A stretch of 63,497 bases of DNA, counting the filler, from Octopus bimaculoides (Eukaryota), in the NCBI RefSeq assembly GCF_001194135.2. It is 9 parts of 6 records of this genome, joined end to end, with 100 filler letters (N's around TTAATTAATTAA, not from the genome) between each part and the next. Parts side by side here need not be neighbours in the genome. Positions count along the whole stretch, not along the records: positions 1 to 18,595 come from NC_068982.1; positions 18,696 to 44,094 come from NC_068987.1; 7 more parts are not named here. One strand, written 5' to 3'. The notes beneath the pieces are model-generated. The model worked only from the letters and a program-made list of their open reading frames with translations. It did not search any database and was not told where the DNA came from. The translations under genes and the position numbers were made by a program. The stretch's first letter is position 1; each line of letters starts with the position of its first letter. Below, piece by piece: positions 12,341-23,555 of the stretch.

Positions 12341-12954
12341 ACCTTTCCATGGATTCGAGGCAATAATATCCATGTCTGATAACTTCATATAACAAAGAAG
12401 TCATTCTGATTCCAGTGCTAAGCGCCTTATCAACAGAAACTACGTATTATCTTGCAGAGAAATTGAACTGAAGACTCATAATTGAACGATATACATAGTA
12501 TGTATCGGTGTAGTTGGCTGTAGTTTTATCATTCAAACAGTATGTCAGAATTAAAAACTTCTGCTTGTAGCATTCGTAGCATAAATAAGGAACAGGTTTT
12601 TATCCCTCCTTCTCTCATTCGCACCTCGTTTCAACATCTTTGAGTGAATTTTGGGGGGAAAATGTCTTAAATTGGAAGTTTGTATTATTCTCCCTTCCCA
12701 CCATCTTTTTTTATTTGAAAATATTTATTTTGTCATTCTTTTCTTTCCGAAGCCTTTTTTCCACAACATGCTGCTTATAAACGGAAACAAACGTAAAAAA
12801 AAAGGGGGAGAATTGATTTTAATAACAGTGTAATTATTTCCTATTTTATAGCGAGTGTATAATTCATCTATTTTTATGTTTATTTATTCACTGTCAGTTT
12901 ATATTAGTGAGATAGGCTTATCCGTTGACGTTGCAAGCTGCATATAACTGTTAA

Positions 12955-13067
12955 CTTATGTGTGTGAGTGTGTGCGTACGTGTGTGTGTGTGTATGCGTA
13001 TGTATGTAGAGAGAGAGAGAGAGAGAGAGAGAGGGAAGAGTAGAGACAGACAGAAAGTCTACATGGG

Positions 13068-13100
<33 letters not shown>

Positions 13101-13332
13101 AACATACATACACACACACACATATATATATATACGTACATGCGTACATACATACATACATATGCATACATAGAATTTATACAGATGTATGCTTGTGTGT
13201 GTATGTGAGCGTATCTGTGAGTATGTGTATTTATATAAAAGATATAGGTGTGTATGTGTGTGTGTGTGCGTGTGTGTGTGTATGTATGTATGTATGTATA
13301 AATATATATACATATGCGTATGTATGTGTGTG

Positions 13333-13372
<40 letters not shown>

Positions 13373-13425
13373 TATATATATATATATATATAACAGACAC
13401 ACACACACAGACACACAGACACACC

Positions 13426-13456
<31 letters not shown>

Positions 13457-13460
13457 GCAT
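12955..13460. repeat. Compound dinucleotide microsatellite (TG/AG/TA/CA)
   Basis: Seen directly; source of several spurious ORFs. Confidence 0.9.
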
Positions 13461-13533
13461 ATAAACCACAGAATAATTAAATAAAGAAGTTGAGGTGAGT
13501 CGTGATCAAAATGGTGTTCATAGGGTTTGACAC

Positions 13534-13565
13534 CTGATGTTTTTCTTAGAATTCCGTCTCGTCTG
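13534..13565 (-). CDS. Candidate internal coding exon (exon 2, 32 nt; NAGNAG acceptor)
   Basis: Acceptor tattattttttctacacAG|CAG and donor CAG|gtgtca. Phase-2 entry reads (S)RRDGILRKTS, phase-1 exit. Confidence 0.45.
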
Positions 13566-13774
13566 CTGTGTAGAAAAAAATAATATTTTCTTCAGCAACA
13601 AATGTTATTTTACGGTTTGTCACACTAGTGTGGCAACTTTTAACCCCGAGTCAGTAGATACCTAGGAGGAGCCAGGCAACTAGACGATATCTGCTATAAC
13701 ATCACCATCAACAACATAATGTCATTATCACCGTCATCATCAACATTATAAAACTGGTGTACTACTACTACCAC

Positions 13775-13866
13775 TACCACCGTGACTACTACTACTACTA
13801 CTACGACTACTACTACTACCACCATCACCACACTACTACTACCACCACCACCACCACCACCGCCAC

Positions 13867-13901
<35 letters not shown>

Positions 13902-13908
13902 CACCATC

Positions 13909-13939
<31 letters not shown>

Positions 13940-13947
13940 ACACCACC

Positions 13948-14008
<61 letters not shown>
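13775..14008. repeat. Compound (CTA)n/(CCA)n trinucleotide repeat
   Basis: Seen directly. Confidence 0.9.
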
Positions 14009-14432
14009 TTAACTCCTTTTCACCTTGTATTTTGTTATGGTCGTTGTCTCTTTTCCAGTCTCTAGTACACTTCTAATATAAGCATTTAGCATAATTATTT
14101 TGTTTTTATTCTCTCCCATCAACTTTTTGTTTTTCATTTTTATTTTCCCCGTGTATGTATCCACCTGCCGCCTCGTCTAAAATGTGCTAAAATGTGAATG
14201 TACATTTTTTTTTTTTTTTAATGCCGTCTGGATCCCAGAACATCTAGTCTTGGTCCTTGACAATCAACTAGTGACATGACAGCGGAGCTGCATCATCCGG
14301 ATATATTCCGAGGCGACACGACATGACAATTTAAGTGGCGCCACCTGCCAGGAGCTGCTTCCTGTCAATCAACCACGTGCAAAATCAAATCATGAATAAC
14401 AAAAAAAAAAAAGAAAAAAAATATTAACTAAC

Positions 14433-14473
14433 CTGCCTTCGTCTCTAACTTTGCAGCATCCGTTGCAAGCCAT
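14433..14473 (-). CDS. Candidate first coding exon (41 nt): MACNGCCKVRDEG
   Basis: gacaccATGG Kozak context in a locally GC-rich island, ending CAG|gttagt (donor, phase 2). Confidence 0.55.
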
Positions 14474-15279
14474 GGTGTCGCCGCCAGTAATGCGGAGGAG
14501 AGGAGAAAAATCAATAAATACTGGGGCCTGGCCGTCTGCTATCAGTTTGTGTCCGTTACAGTTGGGACGTCAGTTATTCTAGANNNNNNNNNNNNNNNNN
14601 NNNNNNNNNNNNNNNNNNNNNNNNNNNNNNNNNNNNNNNNNNNNNNNNNNNNNNNNNNNNNNNNNNNNNNNNNNNNNNNNNNNNNNNNNNNNNNNNNNNN
14701 NNNNNNNNNNNNNNNNNNNNNNNNNNNNNNNNNNNNNNNNNNNNNNNNNNNNNNNNNNNNNNNNNNNNNNNNNNNNNNNNNNNNNNNNNNNNNNNNNNNN
14801 NNNNNNNNNNNNNNNNNNNNNNNNNNNNNNNNNNNNNNNNNNNNNNNNNNNNNNNNNNNNNNNNNNNNNNNNNNNNNNNNNNNNNNNNNNNNNNNNNNNN
14901 NNNNNNNNNNNNNNNNNNNNNNNNNNNNNNNNNNNNNNNNNNNNNNNNNNNNNNNNNNNNNNNNNNNNNNNNNNNNNNNNNNNNNNNNNNNCGATCTGCG
15001 TGTTTCTGCGGCCGATAGGTATTTATATTTTTTTAGATTTTAATCATTTTTGGAGGAAAATAAGCATTTTCAAGCCTAAAAATTAATGAATTAATAAATG
15101 AAACTACAGTACAGTACTGCACTGTATGATACTTTAATTAAAATATATTAAAAGAAAATACGTAGTATACCTTAGATGAGTAAACAAGGAATGGCACATA
15201 CTGTATGGAAAACGTAATTCGGGAGATAAGTGTGTGATGTTGTTTTACATTTATAATAAAATAAATCTATACAATTAAA

Positions 15280-15480
15280 AAAACTCGGGAGGCGAGTGTG
15301 GTGTTGTTTTGCATCATATATATATGTGTGTCTGTCAGTGTGTTTGTCATGTCGTTAAACCTCGAGATCCATCCAACCGATTTTATTGAAATTTTACACA
15401 TGCATTACATAGGATCTATGGAGTGCCATGGGCCAAAAACATTTTCAACTTCTTGCCTAATGCAGCTATCTAAGTCTAGA
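15280..15480 (+). mobile_element. Possible Helentron-associated (HINE/DINE-like) non-autonomous element fragment
   Basis: tgtgtctgtcagtgtgtttgtc..ctcgagatccatccaaccgattttattgaaattttacac resembles the core of such elements, recalled from memory only. Confidence 0.3.
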
Positions 15481-16524
15481 CAACCAAATAATAAACAAAG
15501 CATTAGCTGTACTTTCATATGAGACATAGAAGAAACAAGTCACCTTCCTCCCTACAGCCACTAACCACGGAGCACCAAGTAGTGCATATAGAAAAAGGAA
15601 AAGGAAAACATACCGTCCATCTAGGTTATAATAGATGGTGCGCGACACAAGTGATCAACATCTACACGAAACTCGTTAGGAGGGTCTATGTGCTCCGGAG
15701 GGATCTTCAAAAACTTTGTCAATCTCTTGCACTCTCATACAAACAGAATGGTTTAAGACTTTCTCTTGCCCCACGGTATGTTTTGTGTGAGACACCAGAG
15801 GGCGCAGATTTTCAGCGCACAGCTTCTTCGTATATTTTAAGATAACCTTGCGATATATGAGGGAGCGCACAACTCCTTCTTATAATCTAAGATAACCTCG
15901 CAAGTATCCTTCCTCAGAACTTAAAAAAGACGGACTAATAATAATTCTTACGGAAATAAGTTATCTTGAATGATGGATCAAAGAGCCTAAATTTTTTTCT
16001 TCTGTGAAAAAAGTAGAGGTCGCGGATACATATATTCTGACACACATCCGAATTTTTTTCAAAATTTCAAGTTCCATTTTGTGGATATATGTAAGGTGTG
16101 TCAGTGTATATGTGTGTACTTTCGCGAATTTTTTATTTTATATTCCGATATAATCGTAATCAACAAGATTTGAGAGGTATTTGTAGACAATTTCATTAAA
16201 AATATATCCATTTTCCTGGAGGTTTTCAGGAAACAAAGTAGGGGGAACAATTGTGTGGGTCTGCCGTTTTATGCACCTTTGAGTTCTTAAACGCCCTCTG
16301 TAACATGCTGGTTGGTACCATAACATAGTTACAAGGTGTCCGGTATTGTTCCTCCAACCGTATGAACTCTTAACCAGGCAATTTCAGGACAGGAAACCTG
16401 GAGGTTCCAACCAGAAACAATACTTCACTCTCGATATATTCACACAGAATATTTCATTATAAACAATCGTGTAACTGTAGGGGATATGATAGTAAAGATC
16501 GTTAAATAAAAATCGTACATGAAA

Positions 16525-16727
16525 TATTCCTTTCTACTGTAGGAACAAGTCTTGAAATTTGGTGGAGTGAATAGTCAACCATATTGACCCTAAAGTTTGA
16601 TAGGCACTTATTTTATCAACAACAAAAGGATCACGGGAACCAAAGACTGCGGTGTAATTTGCACTCAAATTGCAAACGTGGACGAAATGCCGCCAGCGTG
16701 TTAACCATTCTGCCACTCACCGCCTTA
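16525..16727 (-). mobile_element. SINE family B (decayed)
   Basis: Ends gtgttaaccattctgccactcaccgcctta, the reverse complement of the family-B head. Confidence 0.65.
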
Positions 16728-17607
16728 TGAACACGATATAATGATTACTCAATATATAATCCACATGTATATCTAGAGAGAAGGGTTACAAATTCGGTAA
16801 ATATTTAAATGAATCACAAGTTCGCTGCTATTAAAGTGTCTGATAATATTTTCTTGATATTTGTTATAATAAAGGCGAAATTCTGTCTGTCTGCGACCGC
16901 TGTACCTCAGTCTACATTTGCTCTACATAGACATATTATACTTTTTTGGAATGAGAATGATCCCAGGATTGAAAATCTACCTTTCATTTGATTCCTGAAC
17001 ATCCAGTGTTGGGATCTGATTCAAAAGCATTGGGTTGTTACTTGTAGCAGGTAAAGCTTGGCAAATTCATGCCATCTTAGTTGGCGTTTGTCAGATGACG
17101 TCAGGAAGATAAATGACATTCGCTTCGTTAATTTTACGTCGAATTACTTGACTAATTTTACGTCGGCCAACAGTTGGAATTCAACTTGGGACTGGAACAA
17201 TAGAATGATTCCGTTAGAGAATTAATTCTCATCCACCCTTAACGTCTGATAAAACAACAGCGGGGCATATAGTCATTATAGACATGTTTATAGTCCAAGC
17301 TATTTAGCTCGTTTTAGTTTGGGGCTGCAGGTCGAATAAGCCCCCCACAGGAGCTAGCCTAAATGTCCTCAGGAGTGCGGTTTTTAAGCTCGTCTCTTTG
17401 CTTCGTTAATTGTTCGATAATTTTCATATATCACTATAGTTGCGAACACAATTTCTTTACTTTGGTTACAAGTATACACTGTGTTTGGAATTTAAAATGT
17501 TGTTTATGAGCAACATTTCTCTCTCTCTCTCTCTCCCCCTCTCTCCATCTCTCTCCATCTCTCTCCCACTCTCTCCCTCTCTCTCTCCCTCTCTCTCCCT
17601 CTCTCTC

Positions 17608-17641
<34 letters not shown>

Positions 17642-18312
17642 GTCTAATTGTTGACTTTCTTTAACTTATATATATAAGTATAATACATGTATGTATGTAT
17701 GTATGTATGTCTGTATGTATGTATGTATGTATGTATGTATGTATACACACACAACACACGCGCAGATATATTGATGCTCAATTTGGTTAGTTGAGAACGG
17801 CAAGAGAAGTGAAGATAAAAAGGAAGACTAGAAATAATTGAGACAGAAGTAAATGAATGAATGAATGAATAAATAAATAAATAAATGAATAAATAAATAA
17901 ACAAATAATGTATAAGACAAAAGACAAGTCAAGTAAACAGAAATGAACTTGAGACAAGAAGAAAAACTGGAAATGGGGGCAGTAAAGAAAACAGAAAGAA
18001 AAAATAAAGAAGGGAAAAGAGAAGAGAAGTGGATGAAAGAAAGGTTAAGGGAGTAAACGAGAAGAGAAAGACAGACGTTGGAATTGACACTATTGGTAAT
18101 GAAACCAGAAGAAATATTCTTGACAGCGTGTAGGTTATCGGATAAGTGTGCCAATTATATTGAGAGGGGCCTTCAAAACACAGCTAACATAATAGAATAT
18201 ACGAACGTATACATACTGAACTTATACTGCTTATGTACTCATGCTATACGCACAGTTATAGAATGTCTATGAACTTAAATACATACATGTGCACATTACA
18301 TACATTTGTATA

Positions 18313-18595
18313 TATATAGCGGACCTTTACAGGAGGGAAGCGCTCAGCCAGCTTCACAATCCCCTCTTCTACCGCCTCCTCCCCTCCGACCCCACCCCCT
18401 CCTACCAACGGCTTGTGTCCTCCACAATCCATGACCTCATCTCCTCCTCTGCTCTCCCCGCTACCGCCACCAACCTCATCGTCCGCACACCTCGCACCTC
18501 CTCCATCTACTTCCTTCCCAAGATCCACAAACCTAACAACCCTGGCCGCCCCATTGTCTCTGCTTGCAATTGCCCCACCGAACTCATTTCAAAAT
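18313..18595 (+). mobile_element. Penelope-like element, RT-proximal ORF fragment (uninterrupted, runs into gap)
   Basis: DLYRREALSQLHNPLFYRLLPSDPT..SIYFLPKIHKPNNPGRPIVSACNCPTELISK carries the PLE LPKIHK..PGRPIVS motif; no stops. Confidence 0.9.
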
Positions 18596-18694
18596 NNNNN
18601 NNNNNNNNNNNNNNNNNNNNNNNNNNNNNNNNNNNNNNNTTAATTAATTAANNNNNNNNNNNNNNNNNNNNNNNNNNNNNNNNNNNNNNNNNNN

Positions 18695-20176
18695 NTATAT
18701 ATTGTACGTACTACTCTAACGTTATTTTGCAGAAGTCCATTGCCGTATAATAGTTTTAAACATAAAACGAACGTTTGATTATATCCGACTGTCTAAACAG
18801 ATCTTAACAATTTTATATTCATTTAATTTCTATATTCTTAAGCTGGTGTGCCGCTGGTGATCATTTCGTCCACATACATCGCACGATATGTATTTCATGT
18901 AATATGAATTCAAGAGTATCCTGAAATAAAACAGGCGTATTGGCATTTCCGATTGGCATTCTTTGTACATATAAATATAAAAAGAGTATTGATGACAAGA
19001 GAATTTTTGATTTGCATTGATCCAGTCTGTAAGTACGCGTCATTTAAATCGATTACAGTGACGTATTTTCCACATTTTCGTTTATGGAATTGTTTATCAT
19101 ATCTTTTCAAAGAATGGTGAGCATCTTCAGGCAACTTTAGCTGACTGAAGATTATGCCATTAATCTTCACATACGTAAACTTATCCTTTCAATTTCCAGT
19201 GAGTGAGCTTCGTTTCAGACCAACCAATGGAAACAATCGATCATACACTACCGTTCAGTACTTCACATTCCAATTCTATTATCATAAAAAGCTTTATAAA
19301 ATGTTAAGATCCTGAACATCCATTAAATTGGTTTCACTGTAAACTTACTGTGATTCTGTTCTCGTTTCCCTTTAAGATCGTGTAAATTCTTTTGGCCATC
19401 ATTTGACAGTGTTTATGCTACGTTCATTTGACAGTGTTTATGCATGAAAACACCCCACATTCTTTATATATCAAATAAAACTGTCAATTTTAAAGTTGAA
19501 ATTTTCTTACATATATGATGTCTGAAAAAATAATATTAGCCGACACCCACTAGATTTAATTATTGTAATGATATAATTAATTATGTATTATTGTTAGTAT
19601 CAGACCCATTATTAGTATCTTGACTTGTCAAAGCTGTATTAATTTCAAAAGATTATTATTTCATCCATTAATTTCAACAAATTATATATTTTTCATGTAA
19701 GTTCGTCCGTTTTATCTTCAGAATATCAGACAAATATAGAGTAATATGCATTCTGCCTGGTTAAAATTTATTGAAATGGAAGAACAACAAAAATCATAAT
19801 TTATCTTCCAAACGCAGGAGTAGCTGTTCCAATCTGACATCATTTGTGATAGCAAAGTACATACAAGATGTCAACTCTGACACCAATATCGTTTTTACAT
19901 ATAATCATAATATCTTGAGATTGCGAATAATATCAGTCCTTTCAAAACTCATTGGGCATGATCCGAAATACGACAACATCAAGACTAATGTTCGAGTACT
20001 ACTGCATACAACTATTTGTATTTTAGTTTGTCCAATGTGGTTGATTGAGCAATGCAGGAAGTATAGACACACATCTCACAATGTGCCAAAAATGCATGTG
20101 AAATTCATAAAATAAATAGGTGTATATATGTGTGTAGCTGTATAAATATGAGTTATGTAAACTAAAACAAGCAACA
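18695..20176 (-). mobile_element. Decayed, internally deleted Ty3/Gypsy LTR retrotransposon (5' LTR, PBS, gag start, RT)
   Basis: RT remnants GKYVTVIDLNDAYLQ..SLVINT, QRMPIGNANTPVLFQ and MYVDEMI (YxDD-like). PBS tggtgtcagagt at 19885-19874 resembles the tRNA-Leu PBS TGGTGTCAGAAGT. Gag-like SDWNSY..RLED follows. Putative LTR ~19888-20176 starts TGTTG. Confidence 0.75.
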
Positions 20177-20995
20177 TGTTTATTTTCTATTGTCATACAA
20201 ATTTATGTTACCAGGGTCATTCATCAATATACGTGATATATATAGAGAGAAGAGAATAGCGGAAACCAAAAGTAACTGCTGGCTACACATGTTTTAAACT
20301 TCATAAATTACTTTAAACTATTGTAGAATAAAACATGTATTGTGTTATGGAGAAAGACGATTGTCAATTAAAATACATCCTCCAAGCATATTTAAATTTC
20401 CCAAGTAATCCATGTCGTAAAATGAATATTTTACACTATCTTTAATTAGTCTGGATCTGATTTTTAAATGATAACTAAACATTTCAGCTTTATAATCGGA
20501 TAACAATCTAAATATTCCATAGAATTTTCAAATATGTGTTCTTACTAAAAATTATCTTCTTACATAATGCACGTTGGCATTTGGCATCTATTTAAATAAT
20601 CTGCCTAATAAAATAAAAGATAGTCTATAAAATATGCAGCAGTTGCTATGACGCCTCGAAATAATGTCGGACATATATAATCAAGGCTAAATCAATGTTT
20701 GTTTGATCTTTTTTATGCATTAATAATTATTTCTTTCGTTATTTTAAATTTTAATTGAAAAGGTTAATACTAACTGAAAATAATGAAGTCTTCATATCAC
20801 TTCAATACCAGTTGAAGAGGTTTCTATCCACTTGTTTCTCATTTTCATAGTTCGTATTATACACTGATGCCAGCACCATCGAAAACTCTACATGATTATG
20901 ATGTTACCGATTTTCTTTTTAATATAATGTTTCTTTTTTTGTTTCCAGTCTTTCAAGAATGACGTCATTAAATTATTAATATATCAAAACATTCT

Positions 20996-21196
20996 AAGAT
21001 GGCGAGCAGACAGAACCGTTATCACGCAGAACAAATTTGTCCGTCTGTAAGTTCTAAGTTCATATTCCGTGGAGGTCCATTTTGACTTTCATCCCTCTAG
21101 GGTCGATTAAATAAATAGCGGTTGTACACTGGGGGTCGATGTAATTGATTTACCTCTTCCTCAGAAATTGTTGGCCATGTGCCAAAATTTGAAATC
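20996..21196 (+). mobile_element. SINE family B with 18-bp TSD
   Basis: aatatatcaaaacattct is duplicated at 20978-20995 and 21197-21214 around a family-B body. Confidence 0.85.
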
Positions 21197-23081
21197 AATA
21201 TATCAAAACATTCTCAGAGATTTACTTTGATGATCTTCACGTTACTGTGAGTAATCACAAAATTACAAGGCTATATATTAGACTTGCAGAATAATATTTC
21301 TTAGTAAAGAAATCTTATATATATTGACGTGTCTGGTATTTTCACTCATTTTATTATAATTGGGTTAAAGTATAATCTTGTTTAATTTATCAGTTATTTT
21401 CAATGCTCCATTACAATGAATCATTCTGGAAGCATATTTGAAAAATAAAGAATGGATTTAGTACTTGCGAAATTTAACATCACTAAACCTAATGCTACAA
21501 AATACTTTCTCCGATGTCATTCTAGTAATTTTAAAGATTTCTCCCATCTTATTAATCTTAGTTATAGAAAAATGTCATGCTAAAATTATTGCTTTTTTAG
21601 GTTTCTACAAATTTCTACAGTTGAAATAGCTGTCAGAAGTATTAATCCTTAATTATTCTGTTGCTCAAGGGAGAATGGCAAGACGTTTGCGCAGCTCATT
21701 GCAGAATCTTCGGAGAGGTTGAACCAAAAACTAATGAAATCATGGTACATTCATATAGTTAATGATATCAAAATTATGGAACAATATTGATTATCTGTCT
21801 GTCTTTATTACTGGCATGACGAGTTGTTGGTTTATTTCCTATCTTGAAGTTAGTCTCCATTTGTATCAAACATATTTTCCTTTATTTTACTTCATGCAAA
21901 GTCAATTAACATCTACTTTATAGAGAGCCGTTTAATATATTAAGCATAAGTTTCAAGTTTTCCTCTCTATTATTTCCCACGTTGATCTTATGCTAATGAT
22001 AAATGCCAATGCATTTAGTTTCGGAACTGCATTCAGTTCAGTTTGCAAGACAAAATATAAATCACCAACTATAATATATATTGCTTGTTACCTTAGCTTA
22101 ATGATTTTTTTGTGTTCTCGTCTTAATGTGTCATTATTTCTGTCAAGAATGTTATAATTGAATAATATATTTTGCAGTTGAGCCTTGTGGCATTTATTTC
22201 ACATATCTGGCGCATTACTTTAGACAACCATAGGATTTGATTATATCATTTTTGATCATTTTGTTGTTTTCTGAATTCTGTTGCAGACATCCTAATGTGT
22301 CATAAAATTCCAATTGCTGATGAGATTGTCTTTCATTTGCGGTTTAACTAGATTGTCATCGTTTGAAAGTCGGTTGATATTTATAGATGTTTAAACAGAA
22401 TAACAATTACAATCAGGAAAATGAATTGATACTGTAGAAACTTGATTTATCTGGAGTGAGTCTGAGCTTCTACGTAGCACGTTTGATTGTAATAAGAGGA
22501 TTGACATAGGACGGCATATTGGTGGAGTATACGAATCGTCGGAAAAATGTCTTGTATTATATATTACGTTACTTAAGTTCCTGAGATCAAATTTCACCAT
22601 TGTTAACTTCAACCATTTAAGCTTTCAGTGTCACCAATATATAGTGCCAGAAAAGTTCCGTGATAGAAAATCCCCATCCATATACATTACTGGTATTCTG
22701 TGTAAATTCTAAACATTATTTGTTGTAGTTCATATTTCAGTTGTTGTTGCTATTCATGAGGTTTCGCATTTTCTCAGAGCTTATGATAAAACAAACAAGA
22801 AGAACATAGGGTAAAAATCAGATATTAATTAATATCGATTTATTACCAGGAAGCTAGCACATTTAAAGAATCAGAGAGATTCAGATAAAAATATCTGAGA
22901 TCGTAGGGGATTAAAGTATATGTTTATATATAACGATGACCACTAAAGTGGACATTTAATGTGCTAGAAGAAGATCACATGTTGGGTCTACTAAGACCTA
23001 ATGGTTCTCAAAAGAAATTCAGCGAAATACCAAACCGTATGCGGGCAAGACAGTGAAAATTACATAAATAAAACATTATTA

Positions 23082-23141
23082 TTCGTGGACCGGTTTCGAA
23101 ATTAACATTCTTACCGAATATCTGTTTCTCTTCAGCACAAA
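23082..23141 (-). ncRNA. Minimal type I hammerhead ribozyme
   Basis: UUUGUG-CUGAAGA-GAAA[loop]UUUC-GAAAC-CG-GUC-CACGAA. Stem I 6 bp (one GU), stem II 4 bp, palindromic stem III ACCGGU, full canonical core. Confidence 0.8.
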
Positions 23142-23515
23142 TTGTGAAAAAATCATAATTCCCAGAATCTTATACAAGTTGTTCACCCCTAGAGGCAAAC
23201 GTGTATATGGTTCTGCTAATTACAACTTAATGGTAAAAATCAAATGTCTTCGTTTTGGCGCGCTAATTCCGGAAATATGTCTGCAGAAAATAGTTACTGC
23301 GTCGCATATATCCACNNNNNNNNNNNNNNNNNNNNNNNNNNNNNNNNNNNNNNNNNNNNNNNNNNNNNNNNNNNNNNNNNNNNNNNNNNNNNNNNNNNNN
23401 NNNNNNNNNNNNNNNNNNNNNNNNNNNNNNNNNNNNNNNNNNNNNNNNNNNNNNNNNNNNNNNNNNNNNNNNNNNNNNNNNNNNNNNNNNNNNNNNNNNN
23501 NNNNNNNNNNNNNNN

Positions 23516-23555
<40 letters not shown>

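Larger units (their letters stand above)
20220..23150 (-). mobile_element. Heavily decayed Penelope-like element led by a hammerhead motif
   Basis: Remnant SILFHNFDIINYMNVP near 21790-21740 resembles the PLE RT motif FD..LYTN.P. Other motif traces are weak. Hammerhead at the 5' end (23082-23141). Confidence 0.45.
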
